In this document: one piece after another, positions 13,146-25,896 of the stretch
Layout: the number at the start of each line of letters is the position of its first letter
Numbering within the stretch: the first letter of the stretch is position 1
From: Octopus vulgaris
Taxonomy: Eukaryota
Assembly (NCBI GenBank): GCA_951406725.2
Contig: OX597820.1
Coordinates: forward strand, 88,102,001-88,166,000
Reading direction: 5' to 3'
Length of the DNA stretch: 64,000 nucleotides
Notes under the pieces: model-generated
What the model saw: the letters and a program-made list of their open reading frames with translations, nothing else
Told to the model about the DNA's origin: nothing
The model's database searches: none
Position numbers and translations under genes: made by a program

Positions 13146-14909
13146 AATTGGTCGCACTCAATGTAAGTGTTTTGCTTATTCGCCGGTTCCCTTCAGAATA
13201 GCGCTTTGGGGACGACTCCCTCATAGCACTGAGTGTTTTAACACCCAGTGCTATGCGTGGGATCATTGCACTGCTAGGGCATTCACTCATTTTCTCATCT
13301 TTGTTAAATTTTTATCGATAAAAATTCTTATGCAGATGAATTTGTAGCAGCTGATGTTTCCTGAGTGTAGCTGACGTCTCTGGTATACCAGTTGAGAGAT
13401 TTACCCGAGTTTTTCTTGAATATTATAATAGAGATCTAGTAATTATTTTTCAATACCAAATCTTTCAATTAAAAAAAATTTTTTTTTTTTCGTTTACTGT
13501 GTATTGAGTATGGCTTTGAAGCAGTCGATTATTTGCAGGCTGGGTTTTGTCGCAGTGCAATGTGCCTTGTGAAATGTCGGGCCCGAGCCGACCAATGCCT
13601 AATGAGTAAATTTGTTGAAAGGAAACTATGTGGAAATCTGTAGTATGTGTTTGTGTGTGTGTGTGTGTGTGTGCGTGTGTGTGTGTGTGTGTGCGCGTGT
13701 GTGTGTATGCGTGTGTGTGTGTGTGTTTGTTTGTTTGTGTGTGTGTGTGTGTTTTCCTCCTACACCACCCGACAACCGCAGCTAATTTGTTTACGATCTC
13801 ATAATGTAGCAGTTCAGCATAGGGGGTGCGACAAAATAAGTACCAGACTTTTAAAAAAAAAAAAGGTATCGGGGTCGATTTGTTCAACTAAAATCCATCA
13901 AGAAAGTGCTCCAGCATGACCGCAGTTCAATAACTGAAACAAATAAATGATAAAAGATTATGGTAAGCACGGCACCGAATCATTTGAGACGGTTCTATGA
14001 AATATATACTAATATATTTTTGCTATATCCGTTTTTTGTGATGTTGATAAAACTAACAGAAAATTTATTGTTAAAATTCTCATTGTAGTCCCTAAAGATG
14101 AAAGACGTTTGTCTGCGATTTAAAGGTTTCATTTTATCATCCACAGGAACTGCCTGCGGCGAGCTGGCAGAAATGTTAGCACGCCGAGCGAAATGCTCAG
14201 CGGTATTTCGTCTGTCGTTACGTTCTGAGTTCAAATTCCGCCGGGGTCGACTTTGCCTTTCATCTTTTCGGGGTCGATAAATTAAGTACCAATTATACAC
14301 TGGGTCGATATAATCAACTTAATCCGTTTGTCTGTCCTTGTTTGTCCTCTCTGTGTTTAGCCCCTTGTGGGTAGTAAAGAAATAGGTATTTCGTCTGTCT
14401 TTATGTTCTGAGTTCAGATTCCGCCGCGGTCGACATTGCCTTTCATCCTTTCAGGATGTTCTGTTCTGAGGTCGATCTAATCGACTGGCCGTCTCCCCGA
14501 CCAAAAAATTTCGGCTCTTGTGCCTAGAGTAGAAAAGAATATAATCAAGAGTGTTCACCTGCCGTTCTTGTAATATTTTGCTATAGATTTGTCACGGATG
14601 GAACGCTATTGATTCTAGGTATGCTCTGTGTGATGAGTTAGCTGAGGGAAAACAGACCAACGCACGAGCCGAAATTAAAATATAAGAACTTCATCATGAA
14701 TACATTGGAAAAAACAAAAATTGAAAGGGGGTGTTCAAACCATTGTTTTCTGTGACAGAAATACATGCATGCATGCATACATACATACATACATACATAC
14801 ATACGTACGTACGTACGTACGTACATATGCGGCACGATGTTCTAGCTAAAACAATTTACAATGCCATCCACAAAATAGACTGTCCTGAAATAAACATAGA
14901 ATAACCCTC

Positions 14910-15420
14910 TGTTGTGGAATACATTCACAAACATCAACTTAAGGAATACTGGTGGAATATTCCCATCAAAACTTCTGTTAAATGTAAACATTAACAGGTC
15001 AGATATTGTTGTTTGGGACAGAGGGGCAAAGGTATGTACCATTATAGAGGACAGCTGCCCTGCAGATATAAATATCTCTTTGAAAATCAAAGAAAAAAAG
15101 AATATCTATGGAGAACTGCTTCGAAACTTCCAGCTTCTATATCCAGACTATGAATTCATATTCATACCAATAATAACTGGAGAACTAGGTTTTGTTAGTA
15201 AATGCTTGAAGGATAATTTGGATAAACTGGGATTTTCAGAAAGAGAAATCGGTCGGCTAATTCTTCCATTACAAGTGCAATCTGTGAGTGGAACAGTAAA
15301 AATAGGCAAGGCTTTTCTCAAGTTCCAAATGTGAATTTGTCTGTGTTGACTACATCCCAAAAATGGAGCCTTGTATCTTTGTTGGAAACCGGACTCCTTC
15401 TCAGAGGAACATTTATAATA
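14910..15420 (+). mobile_element. RLE-type (R4/NeSL-like) non-LTR retrotransposon 3' end
   Basis: NRSDIVVWD..C.IIEDSCPADINI..K.KEK..IY.EL matches the PD-(D/E)xK restriction-like endonuclease C-terminus. Confidence 0.8.
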
Positions 15421-15483
15421 ATTAAATTGTACAGAAGGATGTATGCGTGTGTGCGCGCACGTGTGTGTGTATATATATATATA

Positions 15484-15768
15484 TATAAAATAATATGTTA
15501 CATTACTCGATAGTCAAGATAAAACTCTGAGTTTCAGATGCCGAAGTGGGAATCCACGCCGCCATCTCTTCGGTTATCTGGCTATAGCGTTTTCAAATAG
15601 CCAGATAACCGAAGAGATGGCGGCGTGGATTCCCACTTCGGCATCTGAAACTCAGAGTTTTATCTTGACTATCGAGTAATGTAACATATTATTTTATAGA
15701 TAAATTTCCTCTATTTACACAATATTGAGGTCTCTTTCTTTCTTTTGTTATCTTACCGTTTTACCAAT
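15484..15768 (+). mobile_element. Fold-back Penelope-like terminal-repeat remnant with hammerhead-like motif
   Basis: Perfect 102-bp inverted arms (15484-15585 / 15597-15698), flanked by (TA)n on both sides. Confidence 0.6.
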
Positions 15769-16018
15769 ATATATATATATATATACTCTTTACTCTTTTA
15801 CTTGTTTCAGTCATTTGACTGTGGCCATGCTGGAGCAACGCCTTTACTCGAGCAAATCAACCCCAGGACTTATTCTTTGTTAGCCTAGTACTTATTATAT
15901 CGGTCTCTTTTGCCGAACCGCTAAGTGACGGGGACGTAAACACACTAGCATCGGTTGTCAAGTGATGTTGGGGGGACAAACACAGACACACAAACATATA
16001 CTACACACACACACACAC

Positions 16019-16062
<44 letters not shown>

Positions 16063-17205
16063 CTTTACTGCCCACAAGGGGCAAAACATAGAGGGGACAA
16101 ACAAGGACAGACGAAGGGATTGAGTCGATTATATCGCCCCCATTACGAAACTGGTACTTTATTTATCGACCCCGAAAGGATGAAAGGCAAAGTTGACCTC
16201 GGCGGAATTTGAACTCAGAACGTAACGACAGACGAAATACCGCTAAGCATTTCACCCGACGCGCTAACGTGTCTGCTAGCTCGCATATACGACGGGCTTC
16301 TTTCAATTTCCGTCTACCAAATCCACTCACAAGGCTTTGGTCGGCTCGAGGCTATAGTAGAAGACAGTTGCCCAAGGTGCCACGCAGTGGGACTGAACCC
16401 GGAACCATGTGGTTGGTAAGCAAGCTACTTACCACACAGCCACTCCTACGTCTATATATGTATATATGTATGCATGTACGTATGTATGTATGTATGTACG
16501 TATGTACGTATGTATGTATGTATGTATGTATGTATGTATGTATGTATGTTTGTATATGTATACATATGTGTCTGTGTGTGCGTGCGCGTGTGTGTGTGAT
16601 TGTATCGTACCAAAACCTACGCGCGCCCTATACGGCTTTGCTATAAACGCTCAACAGCTGAAAAGCTTTGAACGACACCTGACGTCTTAAACTGATTACG
16701 CTGCCAGTGACGTCATTTTCCTTTCATCGTGTATCAAGTGGATCTTGTTTAAGATTCATGAGTAGCAGTTTTGGCAAGTGGCGATAGCGTGAAGATAATT
16801 CATTCCAAGAACTAAAAGAGTCGACCATGTAATTGCTGAAGCATGGCGCGTTTGTCTCATGAAAGAGGGGGATTCTTTGAGAAATGCAATATATATCGTG
16901 CTGACAACGCCATGTTCAATTATATTAGATTTCCAAATTATCCATTAACAATTCGAAACGAAGAACGGAGTCCAGGGAAACCATAATTGTCTACCTCGGA
17001 AAAAAAACAAAGCGCGCCGGACAAAATGTTTTGCGGTAGTTCTTCCGGCTTTACCTTCTGAGTTCAAATATCCTCAAGGTTGACACTACCGTTCAGCATA
17101 TCGGAATCGATAAAATAAGTACCAGTTGAGTACTGGGGGTCGAAGTAATCGACTGTCCTCCCCACCAACATTTCAGGCCTTGTGCCCGTAGTAGAAATAA
17201 TAATA

Positions 17206-17243
<38 letters not shown>

Positions 17244-17650
17244 TGATGATGATGATGATAATCCTTTCTACAATAGACACAAGGCCTAAAATTGCGGGTA
17301 GTCGATTACTTCGACCTCCAGTACTCAACTGGCATTTAATTTATCGACCTCGAAAGAATGAAAGGCAAAGTTGACCTCGGCGACATTTGAACTCAGAACG
17401 TAGCGGCAGACGAAATGCCTATTTCTTTGTTACCCACAAGGGGCTAAATACAGAAGGGACAAACAAGGACAGACACACGGATTAAGTCGATTACATCGAA
17501 CCCAGTGCGAAACTGGTACTTTATTTATCGACCCCGAAAGGATGAAAGGCAAAGTCGGCCTCAGCGGAATTTGAACTCAGAACGTAAAGACAGACGAAAT
17601 ACCGCCAAAACATTTCGTCCAGCGTGCTAACAATTCTGCCAATAATAATG

Positions 17651-17684
<34 letters not shown>

Positions 17685-17686
<2 letters not shown>

Positions 17687-18241
17687 GCCCTGATGCAGTA
17701 CCAGGCAGTGGCTCTCATGGCTTCTGATCTTAACTGATTGGAAGTGTTATCATGTACATTGTTTTGTCTTGGTATAAAAGATGGGCTACAGCAAATATTC
17801 TGCTCAATACCACAGATTTGCTTGTCAGTTGTTTTGACCTTAACCAGTTGAGCATGTCCCTTAGTGGCTGACGATATGTGCATCTCTGATCACGAGCAGA
17901 AGTAGTGGGGGAGCATCATAGCCATGTGTTGAGAGGGATTCTTTGGGGTTTGAATAATTCACCTCTGGAAACATGGGTGGTTCTTTCAACATCCTTAAAC
18001 AACCCTTATTCAGGGACCTTTTGAGCGGGATGGGCTACTCAACCAGAAGAAAATTCTAACTGGGCCCCACCTGCAAGGTCATGTGCTGTTTATCTTGATA
18101 TGAGATCACCATGTCGCGCACATATGGTTGTGATGCATGTGCCTGGTGTACCTTTATCAGAAGGGTAGTCATGATGGGTATATTGGGCTTCGTATATTTT
18201 ACCCCAGTGTCACTTTGATGGCATGCACTGCTCTCTCACTC
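17685..18241 (+). mobile_element. ~555-bp repeat inserted in an (AAT)n tract; partial second copy 18545-18880
   Basis: ATGCCCTGATGCAGTACCAGG...GCTCTCTCACTC flanked by (AAT)n; related fragments at ~38770-38940 and ~44970-45135. Confidence 0.75.
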
Positions 18242-18273
18242 AATAATAATAATAATAATAATAATAATAACGT

Positions 18274-18330
<57 letters not shown>

Positions 18331-18479
18331 CGACGACGATAATAATAATCTTTTCTACTATAGGCACAAGGCCTGAAATTTGGGGGAAAGGGACTAGTCG
18401 ATTACATAGACTTCAGAGTTTCACTGGTACTTAATTTATCGACCCCGAAAGGATGAACGGTAAAGTCGACGTTGGCGGA

Positions 18480-18542
<63 letters not shown>

Positions 18543-18884
18543 CCATGCCCTGATGCAGTACCAGGCAGTGGCTCTCATGGCTGTTGATCTTAACCGATTG
18601 GAAGTGCTATCATGAACATTGTTTTGTATTGGTATAAAAGACGAGCTACAGCAAATATTCTGCTCAATACCACAATTTTGCTTGTCAGTTGTTTGACCTT
18701 AACCAGTTGAGCATGCCCCTTAGTGGCTGACGATATGTGCATCTCTGATCACGAGCAGAAATAGTGGGGGGGGGGGAGCATCATAGCCATGTGTTGAGAG
18801 GAATTCTTTGGGGTTTGAATAATTCACCCCTGGAAACATGGGTGTTTCATTCAACATCCTTAAACAACCCTTATTCAGGGCCCT

Positions 18885-19095
18885 TCGCGATGCCTTAACT
18901 AATAGCTTTCTCTAATCTATTTCTTTCTATTGCTAAAGCGTTGCTAAACGCTTTCGATTCTACTCTAATCGCTCTCTTTAGAGCGATCCACCGCTGCTTG
19001 TTGACGATAGCCCCCGTCAACTGCCGCTTAACTAGTTCATTAATCTGGTTCCTATAGTCTTTGTGAGCCGGTAAGTACGCATCCAACTTATCGGG
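18885..19095 (-). mobile_element. L1/Tx1-like ORF2 fragment
   Basis: KLDAYLPAHKDYRNQINELVKRQL...WIALKRAIRVESKAFS resembles the post-endonuclease segment of L1/Tx1 ORF2. Confidence 0.5.
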
Positions 19096-19404
19096 GTAGG
19101 GTGGGGGGAATCAGAGCGTGTGAATTTTCCGAAAGTCTTCTCCCACCCCCGGTTCGTTTGTGTATATTTTAATTTTCAGATTCGTTTTCTACAAACCTTT
19201 TGTACACCTATTGCATACATACATACATTTCTGTGGTCCTTCCTGTCGAAGAGCGTAGGCTCGAAACATAAAAAGACTTTCTCACTTCCCGAGCATTAAA
19301 CTAATAGATCTGTTTGTTATTTACACACCCGTCTTGTCCTTTGTTGTTGTTTTTTTGTTAATTCTCCCTACATACATACATACATACATACATACATACA
19401 TACA

Positions 19405-19920
19405 TGGTGGCTGCCACCTCGTTATCGAGTATGGCCATTACACGAAGCTTAATCAATGTTGTTATCGTGCAATGCCTGTGCAAGAAGATTTTTTTTTTTA
19501 AGTGAGGAAAGGCTGTGCACTGAGTCGATCCCACTCACTAAGCACTAAGCAACAGCAGCCATAATCCGAAAAGAAGAACAAGTCAACATCATCGGTAACC
19601 ACTGAGCTGCAGGTTTTATGTCGGAGTTATCCCAGTTACCTGAGTTACCTTCTCCTAGAAGGATGCCCTAACAAAAGCTAGGAGTCCTTCACTCCCAATG
19701 GTTTAACCGCGCGATCGGGTATTCAGTCCGATTATTTCTATGTCCTCGCTCATGATACAGCCCTAAGACATTTATTGGATGGTCGTTGACTCTCAAGAGT
19801 TCCTCCGCCCTTTGAGGGGTTTTGTTTTTCATAAACACCCTCCTCACCAAGCAAGCTTGGTGGGTTTGCCGGTTTAGTCACCGTCGACCTGACCATGCAA
19901 CAGTCGAAAGTGACCTGGCC
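19405..19920 (-). mobile_element. Non-autonomous RTE-derived element within (TACA)n
   Basis: Minus-strand TTAGGCATCCTTCTAGGAGAAGGTAACTC resembles the RTE 5'UTR motif; both ends lie in a TACA repeat. Confidence 0.5.
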
Positions 19921-20537
19921 TACATACATACATACACACACACACATATATACACACACATACATAGCCACTATACCTTTTTCTATTTTCTCCGCCTGTT
20001 TATTTCTGTGTTCCTTTCTGTCGAAGAGCGTAGGTTCGAAACGTAAAAGACTTTCTCACTTCCCGAGCGTTAAACTAATACATCTGTTTGTTGTTTACAC
20101 ACCCGTCTTCGTCTTTTTGTTTTGTTTTTTTGTAAATTCCAAGAATATATTTAAGCTTGGGAATGTTAACAATGACTTTTATAATGAAACTTTGGAATAT
20201 ATGGCGGTAATTTTATGATTAATCACTTGTTTTTCGCAATATTTCAGAAATTACCTCCTCTGTCCATGTATTCGTTAGTCATGACGTTCTTTTAAAAGTT
20301 GACGTTACTCTTTCACTTGTTTCAGTCATTTGACTGTGGCTATGCTGGAGCACCACTTTTAGTCGAACAAATCGACCCCAGGACTTATTCTTTGTAAGCC
20401 TAGTACTTGTTTTATCGGTCTGTTTTTGCCGAACCGCTAAATTACGAAACACACCAGCATCGGTTGTCAAGCGATGGTGGGGAGGGAGACAAACACACAC
20501 ATATATATATATATAAATACATATATATATATATACG

Positions 20538-20571
<34 letters not shown>

Positions 20572-21273
20572 CGACGGGCTTCCTTCAGTTTCCGTCTACC
20601 AAATCCACTCAAGGCTTTGGTCGGCCCGAGACTATAGTACCTTCCGAAGGTACCATGCAGTGGGACTGAACCTGGAACCATGTGGTTGGTAAGCAAGCTA
20701 CTTACCTTACAGCTACCCCTGCACCTATATGAAATTCTAAAATATATCAAAAATGTCAGATAATAATATTAAGTACTGTTTGTACTCTATTCTTTCCTAA
20801 CGTACTCTTGAGATATTCTGAACTATTTCCTCCTCACTTACTTAATTACACGATGTCATAAAATTCATTGTCACCTGAACTATCTCATTAGATTATAAAA
20901 ACAAATCCTATAAATATGTTTAGGAAACCTGTAATTAGTCGTACTGTGAAATTAAGACGGAGAAAATACTAGTGCCAACCTGTGGCGGAAACATTAAATA
21001 ACACGTAATAATTAACATTGGTAAGGTAAGTTGGTGTGACGCGAGAAAAAGTGAGTTTTAATATTTCGGGGAGAATCTCTCTTTTTCTTGTTTCAGTCAT
21101 TTGACTGCGGCCATGCTGGAGCACCGCCTTTAGTCGAGCAAATCGACCCCAGGACTTATTCTTTGTAAGCCCAGTACTTATTCTATCGGTCTCTTTTGCC
21201 GAACCGCTAAGTGACGGGGACGTAAACACACACCAGCATCGGTTGTCAAGCAATGCTAGGGGGACAAACACAA

Positions 21274-21306
<33 letters not shown>

Positions 21307-21699
21307 CATATATACGACAGGCTTCTTTCAGTTTCCGTCTACCAAATCCACTCACAAGGCATTGGTCGGCCCGGGGCTATAGCAGAAGACACTTTCCCAA
21401 GATGCCACGCAGTGGGATTGAACCCAGAACCATGTGGTTGGTTAGCAAGCTACTTACCACACAGCCACTCCTGCGCCTAAAATCCTATTTTTTTGGGTGT
21501 TTTTTTCGAAGAAATAACAATGTTCTAGTTTCTAAGAAGCGCCTTTCCAAGAAGGACCCTATCCTAAACGTCAGGGTTCATTTCCCCTCACAGCACAAAC
21601 TTTATCCGTCTTTTGCTCTTCTTTTTATAAGAAATGTTTTTAGTTTAATTAAAGCTTGACTGATTTGCAAAAAAGAGAAAAAAAAAATGGTGCAATAGA

Positions 21700-23945
21700 C
21701 GTAAAAAATGTGTAGTAAACGAATCCGAAAACCAAAATTTGCGCAAACGAACCGGAGGTGAAAAGAACTTTTGGAAAATTCACACGATCTGATTTTTTTT
21801 TCCACGTAACTTTCAAGAAAATGGATATCTTTTAATGAAATTTTATATAAATACCTTTCAAACGGCATAGATTACAATTATAAGGAAATTAGAGGGAAAA
21901 TTTTTTTCGAAAGGTGTGGAGAGAGGATTTTGAGAAAATTCACACGATCCGATTTTTTCCTCATAACTTTCAAGAATATGGATATCTTTTAATGACATTT
22001 TATATAAATACCTTTCAAACGGCATAGATTACAATTATAAGGAAATTGGTGGGGAAAATTTTTTCGAAAGGTGTGGAGAGAGGATTTTTAGAAAATTCAC
22101 ACGATCCAATTTTTTCCCTCATAACTTTCAGGAAAACAGGTATCTTTTAATGAGAGTTTATACAAATACTTTTCAAACGGCATAGATTACAATTATAAGG
22201 AAATTTGTTGGGAAAAAGCTTGTCCAAGAGAGTGGAGAGAGGAATTTCGGATCAAGAAGACCACGTAAATTGGAATTTCTCCGTTTTGACGGGGATTTTT
22301 ACAATTGTTTTTCACCACAGCCTTCAAAATGATGAAAAACGGTTTGGAAAATGATGATACCAATGGACCACACGCGTGCTCATTTGGTGGGATATAAGCA
22401 CCAACAAAAAAATGGTAATTCAAATTTTTATCCCCATCTTAATTAAGTGAGGCCGTGTGTGTGTAAGAAAAAAACATCTTCTAACAGAAAAGTATACAAT
22501 TAAAATTAATTATCTTTTATATACCTATTTTTTAAAAAAAATCACTGGGGTTGAAAGCCAGAAATGACCTCAGGCTCTCCAATATTTTAAATTATAAACA
22601 GAAACAATCAGGGGCGGGGAGTAGGGTTGAAAAAAATCATAAATTTTCAATTTTTCAATTTTTTTATAGTATAAATGTTTATGGGGAGAAAGATATTCAT
22701 TTCTGCTCTAGGCACAAGGGCCGAAATTTTGGGGGAGGAGGCCAGTCGATTATATCAACCCCAGTACACAACTGGTACTTAATTTATCGATCCTGAAAAG
22801 ATGAAAGGCAAAGTCGACCTCGGCGACATTTGAACTCAGAACGTAACGGCAGACGAAATACCTATTTCTTTACTACCCACAAGGGGCTAAACGCAGAGGG
22901 GACAAACAAGGACAGACAAACGGATTAAGTCAATTATATCGACCCCAGTGCGTAACTGGTACTTATTTAATCGACCCCGAAAGGATGAAAGGCAAAGTTC
23001 CCCTCGGCGGAATTTGAACTCAGAACGTATCGGCAGACGAAATACCTATTTGTTTACTACCCACAAGGGGCTAAACACAGAGGGGACAAACAAGGCCAGA
23101 CACACGGATTAAGTCGATTACATCGACCCCAGTGCGTAACTGATACTTAATTTATCGACCCCGAAAGGATGAAAGGCAAAGTCGACCTCGGCGGAATTTG
23201 AACCGAGAACGTGACGGCAGACGAAATACGGCTACGCATTTCGCTCGTTGTGCTAATGTTTCTGCAAGCTCACGGCTTTAATGGGGAGAAAAATATTGAA
23301 AAACATCAATAAATGCGAGAGTGAGGAAGAAATGAGGAGGGTTGTCTTGAGATGTGCTAGAAACAACAGCCAAATCTCCCTCCCTTTTACTCAGAAGATA
23401 TTTACAATTTTTTTTTAATACCAAATAGGATCCTCCCACAGTTTTTAAGTGCAAAAAGATTGGCCAAAATCGGTCCGGAGTGGGGATGGGGGAGTAAAAA
23501 AAATGAGCTTATGTGGTCTTCCTGACCCGAAACACCGTTTTTCGAAACCCCCACCCCCCACTACGGAAAAAATTTTCTTCACACATTTCTTTATAATCAT
23601 GATCTATGCCGTTTGAAAAGTATTCGTATAAACTTTTATTAAAAGACATCCATTTTCCTGAAAGTTATGAGGGAAAAAATCGGATCGTGTGAATTTTCCC
23701 CAAACCCTCTTTCTATCCCTTCGAAAAAAACATTTTCCCTACAAGTTTCTTTATAATCGTAATCTATGCGGTTCGAAAGGTATTTATATAAAATTTCATT
23801 AAAAGATATCCATTTTCTTGAAAGTTATCGGGGTGGGGTGGGAGGAATCGGATGGTGTGAATTTTCCGAAAGTCTTCTCCCCATCTCCGGTTTGTTTGCG
23901 CATATTTTGATTTCCAGATTCGTTCTCTACACACCTTTTGTACAC
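21700..23945. mobile_element. Large foldback DNA element with ~158-bp subterminal tandem repeats
   Basis: Left end (21700 onward, three repeats with CACACGATC at 21781, 21941 and 22098) is inverted at ~23570-23945; related fragments at 19110-19210, 60100-60280 and 62100-62830. Confidence 0.75.
22700..23278 (-). mobile_element. SINE family A trimer nested in the foldback element
   Basis: One head, three bodies, two tail types. Confidence 0.85.
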
Positions 23946-24289
23946 GTATTACATTTAATTATTGTTTAAATTTTATTTATTTATTTTATTATTATTTTTT
24001 TTTGGTGGCAAGGTGTGAAACTTGATATAAACCATTTTTGCTAACGTCAGTTAATAAATCGCTGAATGTCATTGGTTAGTTTTTTCATGATACCATCACT
24101 CAATCTGAAAGATCCTGTTTCGCATATGAAAACCTTCCAACTAGGAAGAAAACAATTTGGGCTCAGACAGTGCCAGAGAACTCATACATACACACGCGCA
24201 TGCATGCAGGCTTAAGTGCGTGCGCGCCATTAGACACATTTGAAGTCCCAGTCAAGTATTTATCTTTTTATGTTTTACTTCTTTGAGTC

Positions 24290-24347
<58 letters not shown>

Positions 24348-24903
24348 TAAAAATTTAGATTCAGAAAAATATGGTACCTAAGTTGAGGCATCAGAATTTA
24401 GTACGGTATTATCCATACAATTTCAAAATAAGGTGATTAGAATCAAAATAAGCAACAAGGATATCCAGAGGTAATGCAGTACGATCGTTTTACACAACTT
24501 CATTAAATTAAATGGAGTTGCATGAAACGATCGTACTGCATTATCTCTGGATAGCCTTGTTGCTTATTTTAATTATATACATAGAGAGAGAGAGAAAGAG
24601 AGAGAAAGAAGAGAGAGAGAGAGAGAGAGAGAGGATAAGAGAAGTAATGGGTCAATAAAATCCAAAGGTGTCAGGTAATGCTGAGTAAGTGCTATGGACA
24701 GACTATAGTTAAGCTCCAGGTTCGGTGATTATGCGAATAAGGAGTCCAACGTAGGTCATATATCAACATGTTTATATATAAAAATTTCTTTTGGAATGAG
24801 ATCAAAATCCAAGGCTGTGAAAAGTTTTAGAACATTTATTAATGATATTTATAAATGTTCTAAAATCTTTCACAGCCTTGGATTTATATCTCATTCCCAA
24901 AAA

Positions 24904-24940
<37 letters not shown>

Positions 24941-25188
24941 TCTTTCTTAATAGAGCAAAACCATAAATTTACCTGTACAAATCCCTCAACATAATCAGTG
25001 TATCTAAGAAATGTTTGTATTTGTGCGTTTTCTGCAGCTGGATATTATATAAACCTTCAAAGTTACATAAACGAATATACTATGGCGGTTGTGAAGTTGT
25101 TTCAAAGAAGTCTTAATATTCTATGTCAACATTCTAAAATGGGTGTAGTCACACTCTGATCCAAGTGGGAGTGGTATATATCCTATTG

Positions 25189-25421
25189 AAGGCAGCGTGC
25201 TGGCAGAAACGTTAGCACGCCGGGCAAAATGCGTAGCCGTATTTCGTCTGCCGTTACGTTCTGAGTTCAAATTCCGCCGAGGTCGACTTTGCCTTTCATC
25301 CTTTCGGAGTCGATAAATTAAGTACCAGTTATGCACTGGAATCGATGTAATCGACTTAATCCGTTTGTCTGTCCTTGTTTGTCCCCTCTGTGTTTAGCCC
25401 CTTGTGGGTAGTAAAGAAATA
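25189..25421 (+). mobile_element. Full-length young SINE family A with 16-bp TSD
   Basis: TSD GGTATATATCCTATTG at 25173-25188 and 25422-25437. Confidence 0.92.
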
Positions 25422-25896
25422 GGTATATATCCTATTGCTCCAATAATAATGGGTATAAAACAGTAAGTGTATTTTGGGTACTGAGGTTTATAAAATCATC
25501 TCTGATCTTGGCATTCCTCTGTAATTGTTTTTACAATAATCATATCTGCCAGGTGGGCAACTGGCTTCTACAACAAATAATATTTTTATTTTATGGTCCC
25601 AGACTACAATATCAGGACAATCACGTTTTAATTTGTCTGCTATTTTGCTTTTAGGTTAGAGTTTTGATCCATCTGTCATGATGTGTTCGTTTTAATTGTT
25701 GCTGTTAAGTTTTTATTCCAGATTGCTATTGTTTTTATATCATACCACACAAGAAGATAGACTAGCAAGGACATTCCATACTCCTACAGTTGACAGCTTT
25801 TTGGCTTTTGTTTTGTTTTTGCACAGCCACATTTTTGCCAGCTGATGTTTTTATGCATAAATCTATATACAAACATATGAGGTGCATTCACAAAGT

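Noticed and set aside
19830-19920. HDV-like ribozyme at the 5' end of the RTE-derived element
   Set aside because: P3/L3-like and CTAA segments can be imagined, but I could not assign P1 or P2; needs a descriptor search on a family consensus
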